A stretch of DNA of 64,000 nt, taken from IMG/VR virus record IMGVR_UViG_3300029314_000064, positions 82,653 through 146,652 of that record. The stretch is one strand, 5' to 3'. The stretch is from a virus (Duplodnaviria; Caudoviricetes). Every line of letters starts with the position of its first letter. The stretch's first letter is position 1. Made by a program: the position numbers and the translations under genes. Below, one piece after another: positions 20,490 through 32,422 of the stretch. Under the pieces are notes generated by a model, which was not told the DNA's origin, did no database searches, and worked only from the letters and a program-made list of their open reading frames with translations.

Positions 20490-21212
20490 TCAACCTGCTG
20501 CTGCCTGAACTTCCTCCTTGTTCTTCTTCTTGAGCTTCTTCTTTTCAGCAGGCTTCTCTTCGGTTTCCTTATCCTTTGCCGCGAAGAGGACCTTTCCACC
20601 TTCCTTTGGAACATCCTTCTTCCCCTCTTTCTTTTCCTTCTTCTTGGCAACCTTCTTCTCTTCGGGCTTCACTTCATAGCCAGCCCACGGGTGACTATTC
20701 CATCCCATGGGGCGGTGGTTGTTCATGAACTCATAGCACTTTTCCAGCATGAGTTCACCCTTTTCGTTGCGGGGAGCCACATAGGCGCCCTTCGCAATCT
20801 TGATGTCCACAAACCCTGCCTTCTTCAGAGCATCTTCATCAGCAGTAAACAAATACAGCTTCTTTCCACTGATGAGGTGCTTCCTTTCAATGAAACAAAC
20901 ACCCTGGTGAGCGTTTGCATCCTTCATGATGCGCAATCCACCCGTGGTAGCAAAGATTGCACACTTATCCTTGGTGGCTGCACTCAGGATGCTGAGCATG
21001 GTCGCATCCACGGCATTCTCAGGCATGCGGGGATGCCCAAGGCCAGTGTACCACCCTTCCTCGGTACGCATCGGCTCATAAGCCGCTTCCTCGGGTGAGG
21101 TGCGAACCATAACACCCGCAAGGCGTTCAAACTTGCCCACCTTCTTCTCAACAACCTTCTCAGACTTCTCAGACTTCACAACGGTATTTTCAGAATCAGT
21201 CTTCTTTTTCAT
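20490..21212 (-). CDS. Lys/Glu-rich protein with GC-richer, AAG-biased codons
   Basis: Strong AAG and GC3 bias; own promoter-like sequence at 21257-21287. Confidence 0.75.
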   Translation of the reverse strand: MKKKTDSENTVVKSEKSEKVVEKKVGKFERLAGVMVRTSPEEAAYEPMRTEEGWYTGLGHPRMPENAVDATMLSILSAATKDKCAIFATTGGLRIMKDANAHQGVCFIERKHLISGKKLYLFTADEDALKKAGFVDIKIAKGAYVAPRNEKGELMLEKCYEFMNNHRPMGWNSHPWAGYEVKPEEKKVAKKKEKKEGKKDVPKEGGKVLFAAKDKETEEKPAEKKKLKKKNKEEVQAAAG

Positions 21213-22649
21213 ATTAGAATCTCCATTTACCAAGACTTAATTGCCTTGGTTGCTTTATTATAACAAGGCTTTACAGCCTAACCTCAATAAAAACTCACTC
21301 ATGCTCTTTTTGTTTTACTCTTAGAACAACCTTCTTCTTCTTACTCTTCTTAGACCATGCCGGAGCAAGATGCTCTGTTTCCTTACAGTCTGGACAAATA
21401 CATCTACCTGAGGTCTTGTAGACTTTAAGTTTCTTCTTTGTGGAATTTCTGACTTGCTTCACAACAGCAGACATAGAAGTAGACTTGAAGGTACCGCTAA
21501 ACAATTCTACTTCTGTTATTGCTTCTCCACATACATCACAAATCGCTACAACGCTGAACACCAGCATTTGTTTTCTCCGGTTTTACATAACCATAGTATA
21601 TAGTATAAAAATTTTCATAAATTCACTTTTAATTCTCAAGACAAAGTACAGATATGAGGTCAGGATCAGATTGAACCTTAGATAAGACCCAAAATAGTGT
21701 CATAAGTTCCTTGATCCTTTTGTCGCTAAGATAAGCAGATTCATTATTCAAGATCAAAAATCTTTCATCTTCAGTTAATGATCTAGCTTCTATATCTGCT
21801 TTCAAAAGGACACTGTGTGAGGCAATAATCAACCAATCAATATGATCATATTCCTGGAATCTAGCAGGCACCATTTTATTGAGTGACTCTTTTAGAATCT
21901 CAAATAATGTACCATAATCTTTTCTCAGGATTCTTATAATCCTTGTCATATATTCTCGCCTTTGCATAGATCTTCATCTGTGTATGTTTTTAGGATCCTC
22001 GGGATAATGTGTGTGCAATCTAATACAGTCCATCTATATTTCTTCGACTCACTAGAATGAATTAAAACACATGCTTTATCTGAAATAGCCTTACTGAGAT
22101 TATTATAAGTTTTTCCAAAAGCAATATCAGGTTTTAATCCTTTTATGAAAAACTTATCAGGATCAATAATTTCAGAAACTTCATTCATAATTGTTCCCAT
22201 ATTTGCAGACAAAGAAAGAATATTTTGTCCTCTAATCTTTATAAGAATCATGAACTACCCTCTGGTTTTTTCATATTTATATTTCTTTCTGTATTATCAT
22301 CTTTGTCTGCATCAGAAACTTCATTAATCAAGTCATTCTCAAATGCATCTTCAATTATTTTTGAAATATAATGCTTAAACAACTCATGATCAAATTTACT
22401 CTTACTAAAAAATATCTTAAGATTTATTGTCGATAAAGTAGAAGTCATGGTGTGATTCATACTGATATTTTCTGTACTAGAAAATTCAAAACTAGCCTGA
22501 AGCAATAAGATAGTAAACAAGAATATATTATTCCTGTTGGACGGATTAAAGTTTCTGGAATTAACAGAGAATATGCCGAACTCTAATTGTTCTAGATCTA
22601 TATTAACTTCAGATTTCTTCTCCAGTTTCTTATTCATCTGCTTTATCCT

Positions 22650-23609
22650 TTAAATATTCTCAAAACTTAATTGCTTCTTTTTCTTTTCGTTTCTAGGAAC
22701 AAACTTATTCCTTGGTCTTCCATATTTATGATATGCCTTATAATATTTGCTGAACTCACAGAAAGTATTCTCTATGTCTGCAAGATGAATACCTTTTTCC
22801 TTACCACCAAGAGAGTCTATATACTGATATTCAAGACCATACTTATTCAGAAAATATGACTGATGCTTTCTTGTAAATCGCATTGCGTCTTCAAAAGAAA
22901 TTTCAGTATCGTATGGGTAAACATGTCTGATTCCACGCTTACATCCAGGACCAGCAACCACAAAATCATCATGACTAAATTTAACAACTCCAGTATTAAT
23001 CATGTCAAGAATGTATTGGTATCCAAGAAATGGACCGAAACCCTGGACTCCAGTTGCAGCCTTATACACTTCTTCAAGTGATTTAGCTTTTATTATTCTG
23101 TCATAAATAACATCTATTTCTTTATAAATCAAATCAACAAGATGAAGAATATTATACAGTTTATCCTTGTAACCACCAAACGCAACACCTGTCACGATGT
23201 GAGCATCTGTCCAAACAGATTGGCCACTCATTCTTATCTTTTCTAGCTCTTCGATAATACCACTCATACTAAAGTGATCTAATTGTAGATACTTTAATAT
23301 CTTCTCCATTGTTTCTATCTTGTTGAATAATCTATGAATGAATGTAGCAAATACTATATCCTTCTTATTTTCAAAAGCACCTATATGATCTTGATACCAA
23401 ATTGTAGTTCTATCTAATGACCTATGGACATTTGTAAATTTATATTCTTTTAAAATAGGATCATTAGTCCACGGAGGATCTTTTTTGGTTTTTCTTCTAA
23501 TATATATATCTTGTCTTTCAGTAATAAATCTCCAATATAATTCCATAGTCTGTTCATGATAATGGAATGATTTATTATTTGTCTTAATTAGAACTAAATT
23601 AGAATCCAT
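22650..23609 (-). CDS. alpha-glutamyl/putrescinyl thymine pyrophosphorylase clade 1-like DNA base hypermodification protein
   Basis: YWRFITERQDIY..R...PPWTNDPILKEYKFTNVHRSLDR; GFGPFLGYQ...D; AGPGCKRG; DIENTFCEFSKY. Confidence 0.85.
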   Translation of the reverse strand: MDSNLVLIKTNNKSFHYHEQTMELYWRFITERQDIYIRRKTKKDPPWTNDPILKEYKFTNVHRSLDRTTIWYQDHIGAFENKKDIVFATFIHRLFNKIETMEKILKYLQLDHFSMSGIIEELEKIRMSGQSVWTDAHIVTGVAFGGYKDKLYNILHLVDLIYKEIDVIYDRIIKAKSLEEVYKAATGVQGFGPFLGYQYILDMINTGVVKFSHDDFVVAGPGCKRGIRHVYPYDTEISFEDAMRFTRKHQSYFLNKYGLEYQYIDSLGGKEKGIHLADIENTFCEFSKYYKAYHKYGRPRNKFVPRNEKKKKQLSFENI

Positions 23610-24019
23610 TCATAATACCTCCTTTATCTTATTTTTTACATTTACATCTCATGAAACAAGAAATATTAACCTTTATCCATTTTGCTTTCCATAATATCAA
23701 TTACCATATTTTCAAACTGTTTATCACTAAAATTATCATAAAAAAACTTAATTCCATAATATTTTTTCAAACAATCCACATCAGTAAAAACCATGAGCTT
23801 TTGATCAAGAACATCAAGTTCTTTCATCACAATAATGCGGTGCCTCCAATCCAAAACATTATTATCATCTAGGGAATTAAATCTAATATATGAAGATAAT
23901 TTCAAAAAATTATAGAATTCATCAGAAAGAAATACCTCTCCATTAATATGATCATAACATTTATTTTCCCAATTAACGACATTAAAAACATCAAATGTTG
24001 GATATGAATATGTATCCAA

Positions 24020-26096
24020 TCATCCTCCCGTGGCGACTTGTTGTTTGGTGTTGAACTTTCCAACCTGCTTAATAATCTTAACAACCACACCCCATTGAGC
24101 ATCGCTCAGTTTCTTATTTGAAATATAGGCTTGAGCAATACTGTTTCCAATAGATGTGTCCAATTTATTAAATCCAATATTGTTTTGCTCACGGGCCATA
24201 TCTTGGTCCATACCACTCAATCTCAAAATACCTTGAATAGCCCACTTTTCCTGTTCGGTTTGCGGCCCTCTAAACTTAGAAACATTCTGTACATGCTCTT
24301 CCTCAACGCTCTTGTGGAGCATGTTATTCTTTTCCAAAATTTGATTAAACTTCTTGAATCCATTAATAACAGACATATCCTCTGTATCTTTCTCAACAGC
24401 CTTAAATACATCAAAACCAAGATTGTACCCTACAGCATCAGAATCTGTAGTAGCAGCAGGGTCAACACCGTGTTCAATAATATGAGACTTAATAGTCAAC
24501 TTTTCATGAACCAATTTTTCAACACTGTGTGAGCATACCAACCTCTTAATCAATACACCCCTGGTCTGCCCAATACGAGCCAAACGGTCTTCGGCCTGGA
24601 GGTTTGCGGCTGGAGTCCACATGAGGTCTACAAACAGAGCATGTGCGGCATGCGTCAAAGTAATGCCAACACCGCCAGAAGCGATGGTCAACCCAAGACC
24701 CTTATATTTTCCAGCTTGAAAATCTTCAACAATTTTCTGCCTGTCGTTTTGAGATGTGTCTCCTGTAATAACAGCCCATCCATCCCTGTCTTTGAGGACA
24801 TCAATAGGTGCCCTGTGCGCTGAAAAAACAACCAGGGTTTCTTGATTATCTTCATAATTCTCGACAATCTCCAACATGTCAGGAATTTTCGCAGTTGCCA
24901 ATTCTGCACGCAGCCTAGCAATTTTATGAAAGAATGCCTCTTCCTTCATCAAATCTTCAAGAGTAATACTTCTCAAATCAATACCTTCATCAGAAAGGTC
25001 TTCACTGAGTTCATTGAGGCGCTGTTGCAATTCCTTATCTCTAAGGTCAATTTCAATATCCTCATAAGACTTTTCAGGCAAATCAGGAAGAACATCGGCG
25101 CGCTTCCTCATAAGACAAACACGCTTCAGAAGAATTGGGGCTTCAGGAAGCGGTGTGCCCCAGACCCAACCAGCATCGCCAGTAGTGCCGTTATACAGAT
25201 GCACAAAGTTTCTCCAATTACCGAAAGCCTGCTCTCCCAAATCAGCAGCTTCAAGAACAGACCACAATTCAGACGGTCTATTCATAAGCGGCGTACCTGT
25301 TGTCAGCCAAATAGCGCCATGAACATTCTTCCACTTCTTCCTAAGCAAAGGCGGAGGCCTATCAAGAACAACATCTCTAAGGCCACGCACGAACTGTGTC
25401 TGCTTTGCCTTTACATTCTTGACTGCATGTGCCTCATCAATGATGACCCGCAATCCCTTTGGAATTTTTCCCAACAACGGGCTAAACGGGTCAACATTCC
25501 TGACAATATCATAATTGAAAATATAAATTTCCCCAGGGTTAGGCCACACAAACGAGCCACGCCCTGAGAAAGTATATACCTTGAGGTCAGGTCTCCAGAC
25601 TTTCGCCTCCTTCATCCAAACATTTTTTACCGTGTTAGGGCAGACCACAATAACAGCAGCATTGTCAGGCCATAAGACTCTGAGGGGTCTTGCCAAGCCC
25701 CATCTGGTCTGCCAACAATGCTCTACGCCTTGGCACCAACCAGTTGACACCAACCCGCTGAAATGGGTAAAGTTTCTTTCCGGTCTTCTTCATTCTCTTT
25801 TCAAGAATGGCAAGTCTTGCCTTGCCTTCTTCCGTATCATTCTTGATGCGGGCTGCAAGTTCAGCAATAGCTACCAGCACTGATTCACTTGGAGCACACT
25901 TAAAGCCCTCTTTGACCAAAGCCTCCATCACTTCAGGAACTTGGTCAAGCTCACAAACTTGTGAACCATAATCAGGATGGAACCGCGCATTTACATTGTC
26001 GCATGTCTCCTTATATTTTGAAAACATTTGAGCATTAGTGCGGTTGCTCAACCTAATTGTGATCTTACCATTCTCGTGAGTATCGAAAATAACCAT
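24020..26096 (-). CDS. SNF2-family helicase/translocase split by a frameshift near 25668
   Basis: Upstream ORF has LYPFQ and LADQMGLGKT; downstream frame has VVCP, DEAH, TGTP, GVGITLT and QAEDRLARIGQ. Confidence 0.88.
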
Positions 26097-26155
26097 CTAA
26101 TCCTCTCTCTCTTAGGCTATTAAATTTTGCCTAGGCGCACACACGTTATATATAC

Positions 26156-26249
26156 AGCATAAAAGTTTGGTTTCACTAAAATATCATTTGAAAACCGTAG
26201 CCTTACATTTAGATATTTTTAGTGATACCAAAGAAATTAAACCTATGCT
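26156..26249. repeat. imperfect inverted repeat at the divergent strand switch
   Basis: tttggtttcactaaaatatc (26166-26185) and gatatttttagtgataccaaa (26212-26232), flanked by agcat/atgct. Confidence 0.7.
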
Positions 26250-27720
26250 AGGGCTTGCGCTTGCCTTACATATGCAAAGTTTGCAGCAAGCAGTTCTAAA
26301 AAAGTCAAGCACACAAACCTTGCATCACCAAACAAACGGGAGATCCAAAAATGAAACAGAAGAAACCTTCAGAGGTTAAATACATTCTGTTGTCAAAAAA
26401 TACAGCATGGATCAACAAAAGGGGGAAGCCACATAAAGAAGTAAATATGTTGTCAAGTGAAGGATGCGCCACCGGAGCTAAAGGCAGAAAGCATCTCACA
26501 CACCACATCATGGCAGTTCTTGAAGACCTACTCTCAGACAAACACCATTTCATACTTCAATCTTCTGAAGGTGATGGAATTAAAATATCTGGAAGTGACA
26601 ATATGACGCGCTGCGTTATGTTTGTCAGAAGCGGCAAGATACAGATTTTCTGTCTCAAAGCAAAACGCCCTGAAGCAATATACCTCCTCGAAGAAGCAAA
26701 GATTAATTCCAAAAAAATCAACATACGCTCTATGACTAAGACAGAGTACGTATATGTTGATTTTGATGATGACCAATCCATAAAGCCCAGTGACATTGCA
26801 ACATTCATAAGGCTTCTTCCTCCCTCAACCGCATGTAATTGCGGAAAACACATCGTAAATTTAAGTTCTCGAACTGCTGAAAAAACGGCTGTCGCTTAAC
26901 ACTTGCGCGCCTTTTTAAATCAGCATATAGGAGACTCATGCCATTTACTCCATATCTTATGTTTGATGGGACAGAATTTAAAATGTCTCTATTAGACAGC
27001 AGTGATTCTAAACATAATCTCAATAATGCCATTAAAGCGAGATTTTGTAATATCTGCGATATGCTTGTAGTTGATGAAGAGTTCGTAATGTATGAAGGAA
27101 GACAATATAAAATAGAAGAACAGTATAGAGTTTGCTGTACTCCAATGCCACCATTAAGAGGCAAAAATGCTTAAATCAAAAAAAGCAGAAAGAAAAAGAA
27201 AAGACTATATCCCTTATATTTTTGCTTCACAGTGTCCTGAACCATGTTTAGTTAATCAATTAAATCCCAATGATGAAGAAACAAATAAATCAATCAAAGA
27301 AGATGAAACAAATCTTTATTTCATGGTTACAAATTTCAAATATCTAAACGAGCATGCCTTGAGAGTCATGGCTGATTTAGCTTGGAGGTCATGTTCAAAA
27401 ATACCATCTTCAAAAATAAGTAGAGTCAAACAATCTGATCCTTATTTTGGAAAGAAATGGTATGCAATTCGATATGTCGGATGTTTTGGAGACAAATCAG
27501 ACCATACCTTCCTTATTTCTGAAGAAGATGAAGACATATTCACAACAAACTCAGCAGTAAGAACAATTATACCTGGGAGAAGATACATCTCCCTAGGAAC
27601 ACCACGCGACACATGCAATGTGTGTGGCTCAGAAGGCGTCAGATTTAAATTGAAACCAAACTCACCTTATATGCGTTGCGGAATTTGTTTGGGCCTTCAC
27701 GGACTCAAGAAGAGCTTCTG

Positions 27721-28347
27721 ATGGCAAACGGAAACATTATTTACGTACATGGATTAAATACTGCTAATCCTTTTTACCACAAAAAATGGTCTAAAAACAT
27801 CCCTGAATCATCAATACTTAAACAACACATTGTTAAATGGGATTCATGGTCTTGGGAAAAAGATTTATTTAGAATCTATATGTCTAAAGTCTATCGAGAC
27901 AAACAGATCCAGAAAGTTATAGATAAGATTACAGAATGCAAAGACGAACCTACCTTAATTATTCCACACTCCTGGGGAACAGTCTGGACATACAAAGCGT
28001 GGAACAGAATGAATAAGGCAGGATTATTAAAGAATCAAAACATATGGATTGTTATGGTTGGCGCTGCACTTGGTGGAACCAATCTGCCTTTTGGTGGTGT
28101 ATACATTAAGAAAATTCAAGAACAATATAGAATAGATAAAACACCTCCGCAAATTCAAAAATTATTCAATATATACAATGATGATGATTATGTATCTTCT
28201 AGAATCTATATGGACAGGATGGAAAATCTGAAAATAGATGTTGGTGGATTTCATCCTGGAATGCAGGAGCATGATGCGACCATCTATTTTAAGACAATGG
28301 AATTTAGATACATCATGCAGTCATTCATGAAAACATTTAATCTTTGA
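27721..28347 (+). CDS. alpha/beta hydrolase
   Basis: IYVHG oxyanion motif, PHSWG nucleophile elbow, DDYVS and EHD. Confidence 0.75.
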   Translation: MANGNIIYVHGLNTANPFYHKKWSKNIPESSILKQHIVKWDSWSWEKDLFRIYMSKVYRDKQIQKVIDKITECKDEPTLIIPHSWGTVWTYKAWNRMNKAGLLKNQNIWIVMVGAALGGTNLPFGGVYIKKIQEQYRIDKTPPQIQKLFNIYNDDDYVSSRIYMDRMENLKIDVGGFHPGMQEHDATIYFKTMEFRYIMQSFMKTFNL

Positions 28348-28436
28348 GGTAAGATACTTTAGGATTAAATCTTTTTCAGCTAATAATGGAGGCCTAGATT
28401 TTTTCGAGATTCTAAAAAACTAAAGGGAGATAATGA

Positions 28437-28946
28437 ATGCAGACGTACCTTCCACACAAGAACTTTAGAAAATGTGCAGAAGTTCTAGACGATACGCTTC
28501 TGTTAAGGCAAAGAAAAAACGCACAAGAATTAATAGACTTCATCCTCTGGAAAGTAAACGCGACAGAGGTAAAGCCCAAAAAAGATTTAACAATGCACCC
28601 GATATTCCAGTATTGGTGGAACAAAGGAGCTCCCTTCATTAAGCCTCTATATAGATACCTTGAGGCATTGAATTTTGAATGTTTTAACAGAAAATTCAAA
28701 AAGGTAGAGCTCAGAAAATATATTAAAATGATAGATAATATTCCAAAGAGTATTCATATAGACGGAAGAATCCCAACACCAACGCGCATCACCAGAGGTT
28801 ACAGAATTGTTCTTCTGTGTTTGAATGAGGAGTTTTATAAAGAACACTTCTATGTAACTTATCTGAAATTTAAAAAAGATATCGATAAACTTAAAAAATC
28901 AAAAGAAGAATTTAAATTCGCAAAATACATGGGGCTGCATCGATGA
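28437..28946 (+). CDS. pyrimidine-dimer DNA glycosylase-like protein (MQTFLP family), possibly degenerate
   Basis: MQTYLPHKNFRKCAEVLD...QR...HPIFQYW. Confidence 0.6.
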   Translation: MQTYLPHKNFRKCAEVLDDTLLLRQRKNAQELIDFILWKVNATEVKPKKDLTMHPIFQYWWNKGAPFIKPLYRYLEALNFECFNRKFKKVELRKYIKMIDNIPKSIHIDGRIPTPTRITRGYRIVLLCLNEEFYKEHFYVTYLKFKKDIDKLKKSKEEFKFAKYMGLHR

Positions 28947-29304
28947 AACTGAGAAAAACAACCATCGAAGAATTCAAATGCATTTATTACGCCACAGACA
29001 AAGATAAGTATCTAAATCCCGTCGTGTGGCTCCGTAAAACGAAAAATATATACCATATGTGTGGGTCACTATTTTTTATCATAGAGTATCTTCCTAAAAA
29101 TTTCTTTAAGAAGGGCTTTAAGACCAAAAAAATGGCTCTAAAATATCTTAAAAAACTGACAATTATTTATTCTAAAATGGATGTTAAAGAAAAAAGAAAA
29201 CTCTATCTCATAGACTCTCACAAAAAAGAATTTGGATGTAAAACCATAAAGCAAAGAAATGAGACTTTCAATTTTATATCCAAATACAAAAAGGAAAAAA
29301 TTAA

Positions 29305-30030
29305 ATGAAAAAAAGCAAGTTCAAAAGTGTTATGCTTGGCAAGCCACTAAAGGCTAAAAAGGTAAAAGCCAAGGAGAATCCAATGAAATTCAATCAATCT
29401 GATGATGATGAGCTGACGCCTCCACCAAAAAACAAAAAGCCGGAATTTGGTGAGGTCTTTGACGCAGATGATGATTTGATGCCCCCCAAAAAGAAAATGA
29501 AGCCAAAAATTCAAGACGAAGAAACGCTTCTAACACCTAAAGCCAAGGGCGCAGGACCACGCTTCAGCCCGGCAGAAGACCAATTCATCATTGATTGGTG
29601 TGATTTTTTTGAGGGTTCTGGAACAATTACCGTTGAAAATCTAAATATGATTTCTGGTAAATGTAATAAGAGATTTCACGACAATAAGCCACAACGCACA
29701 GGAGAGAGTCTGTGGTGGCATATTAAGCGTGAACAAAAGAGAGGCAACCCACTCTTTATGGAGATTGCTATCTCAGGAGGCACACCTAAGCAACGGTGGC
29801 GCGCAGAACGTAGGGTACGTGAAGATGGCTCAGTGGCTCCAGAAATCACGAGCTCAATCAAGGCCACACCTACTAAGCCTGTTAGTGTGAAAGCGAATCC
29901 TAAGCCAAATCACAACCAGTCCCCCAAGGAAGTTATTGAGGTTCTTGTTAAGGATATGAAGGGCAACATTCAGAAGTTCAAAACTTCTAAGTTTGCAACC
30001 ATTGAAGAACTCATGTTTGCATTGGGGTGA
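29305..30030 (+). CDS. Lys/Pro-rich protein with a possible Myb/SANT-like HTH
   Basis: RFSPAEDQFII...RTGESLWWHI. Confidence 0.4.
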   Translation: MKKSKFKSVMLGKPLKAKKVKAKENPMKFNQSDDDELTPPPKNKKPEFGEVFDADDDLMPPKKKMKPKIQDEETLLTPKAKGAGPRFSPAEDQFIIDWCDFFEGSGTITVENLNMISGKCNKRFHDNKPQRTGESLWWHIKREQKRGNPLFMEIAISGGTPKQRWRAERRVREDGSVAPEITSSIKATPTKPVSVKANPKPNHNQSPKEVIEVLVKDMKGNIQKFKTSKFATIEELMFALG

Positions 30031-31280
30031 TAAATGATTAAACGCGTCGCCAAAAACAAAATTGGAAAACGCGCCAAGAAATTAATTGAAGGCCAAAAAA
30101 AGTTAGATGGTATTAAGAAAAGAAAATCCATAATTTATGAACCCATTAAAGATGCGATTAATGAGTTCTATAAAAAATATGAAAATAAGAAATTATGGAT
30201 TAAGTCTGCAACTGATGAGGCATGCGTACGCGTGAAGGTTATTGGTTTTGTTTATGATCAGTATGAATGTATTAAAGTCAAAATATTGGAACCTACTGAA
30301 AATATTAAGTCAATGGAAAACTGTATTGTTTCTATAAAAGATAATATTGGTTCTTACAAAAAAATACATAACATTAAAAAGAATGACATAGTTTTCTGCC
30401 CTATGCACTCTCTGAAAACAAGCAAACAAGCACTAGAGGTGTCAGAAAAAATTCTTATTGAGAAACTTGGAAACAAAAATGTAGTAGAATCAATGCTTAA
30501 AGAAGCAAACAGAAGCATCACCATACTCAATAAGAATATTAAACGAATAAATGCTCTACTCAAGGCCAAATGAATACACGCACACCACGAACAATTCAGA
30601 AAATGAAAAAAGGAATACTATCTGAAAAAGAAAAATTTAATTTAAAGAAGCTTTCAGAATCCGTATCAAAAGAACAACTCGTACACAATGCCGTAAGAAA
30701 TATAAAACAGTATCAAGAAGATAATTTCGAAAAAGATTATGATTTCCTAACTGAAGAAGACTTTAATGGAGAATCAAAATGAAGAAAATCATTGCTGTTC
30801 TTATTCTTATCCCTCTGAATGCTCTTAGCGTGGATGGCTCAAATAAAGTCCATGAGTTCTGTGAAGTCAAATACAAGAGCCAGGCAGATCTTGTTGCAAA
30901 AATTTCAAATATGAGGAATGCCCAACTCTGTATTAAAATCGTAAAATACTGCTCGCAAGCTGAAGGTAAAGTGTTTTTTGATAATAGTAGTTCTGCCACT
31001 CCAGTTTATATCAGTAAGTATGATTCAACATGTATGTAGCCATACTTCTGTTATTAAATTTAAACACGAATCAAGATAATTTCGTATACAGAACATGCTT
31101 CACAAACAAACAAGAAGAAGCAGATATACTTGCAACTGAAACAAAGAATCCTTCAGAAGCAGAATTTTGTATCTGGAAGGAAACATCATGTGACAAGGCT
31201 GAAGTGGTCGTGTACTTGGAGAAGAAATCTAAGAAACGGTTCTACATAAGTACACGTAAGGATTTTTGTAAGTAAAGTGA

Positions 31281-31309
31281 TTGCAAAAGACTAGTGTGGC
31301 GTGTAGGGT
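31281..31309 (+). promoter_or_regulatory. sigma70-type promoter
   Basis: TTGCAA-17 nt-TAGGGT. Confidence 0.55.
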
Positions 31310-31659
31310 AAACAAACCCTAGTGGGTTACATCAACACCAACTTCTGAAAACTCAGGTCTTTTGATGAAAATAAAAGAGGTTTCATCAGAAACTAGGACG
31401 TCCAAGATTATTATTTTGGATGTTGATCTCAAGCACATCAAAGTCATTATTGAAGCTAAAATTTATATTGAATCAAAACAATTAAATCTCAGAATGATTA
31501 AGCTCGTTCATAAGAATAAAGATAAGATGCTTAGAAAAAAGCATGAATATGATTACATGAAAGAAAAACCGCAGAAATACATTAAAGAAGTAATTCGCCG
31601 CAATGTGAAATTAAAACTAGCCACCGTATGGTGGGAACAACAATAACCGGAGTTTTACA

Positions 31660-31956
31660 ATGGCTTCCAAGAAGAAGGTTGTAGAGACCAAGAAGGCCCC
31701 CAAGAAGGAAGAAGTTAAGGTCAAGGCTAAAGCGAAGCCTGTTGAAAAAGAGAAGGAGAAGCCCGCAAAGAAGGCTTCAAAGAAGAAGGAAGAAGAGGAA
31801 GAAGAGAAGACCACCAAGAAGGGCAAGAAGGCTGAGCCTAAGAAAGAAGAGAAGAAGCCAGCTAAGAAGGGTAAGAAGGTAGAGGAAGAAGAGGAAGAGG
31901 TCGAGGAGGAAGAAGAAGAGCAAGACGAGGATGAAGGCGAAGAAGAGGAAGAGTGA
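31660..31956 (+). CDS. low-complexity Lys-rich protein with poly-Glu tail (histone H1-like)
   Basis: KKPAKK-type repeats, tail ending EEEEE, AAG codons, RBS and a strong terminator. Confidence 0.75.
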   Translation: MASKKKVVETKKAPKKEEVKVKAKAKPVEKEKEKPAKKASKKKEEEEEEKTTKKGKKAEPKKEEKKPAKKGKKVEEEEEEVEEEEEEQDEDEGEEEEE

Positions 31957-31986
31957 AATTTCTCTTACTGAAAAACTAAAGAACTA

Positions 31987-32037
31987 AAAGAGGGCGCCTT
32001 GTGGTAACTTACAAACCACAAGGCGCCTTTGCCTTTT
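31987..32037 (+). terminator. intrinsic terminator
   Basis: ggcgccttgtggt...accacaaggcgcc followed by ttt. Confidence 0.75.
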
Positions 32038-32422
32038 AAAAACTAAGGAGGATTCTTTGAAATTCAACATGAGATTCAACGAGAACGATTGTGACCATGT
32101 GGGTAACCCGTTTCCGGCAGTGTATATCAAGGACCACGTGGGCAACGAACAGAAGTTTTTAGCTAAAGATGAATACCCTAGAATTTTTGGTTTACTAAAC
32201 GATATAGAAATTTGGGACAGTGATTTAGAAAAGCTAAAGAAGAATAAGTCTTTTATGGTTACCCCAGAATATTTTCAGCCTTACATTATGTTTTGTGATG
32301 ATGAAGTTAGGATTTGGAACTCTAATCATCCACTATGCCTTGATTTGTTTAACCCAGATTTTAAGGTGAAGTATTCAGACTTGGAAAAAACAGAATTGTC
32401 TTTATGCTGATACAGGAGTTTT

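Noticed and set aside
20322-21098. Long plus-strand ORFs such as 20322-21098, 24842-25567 and 18361-18882
   Set aside because: They are antisense shadows of codon-biased minus-strand genes, with no motifs or RBS
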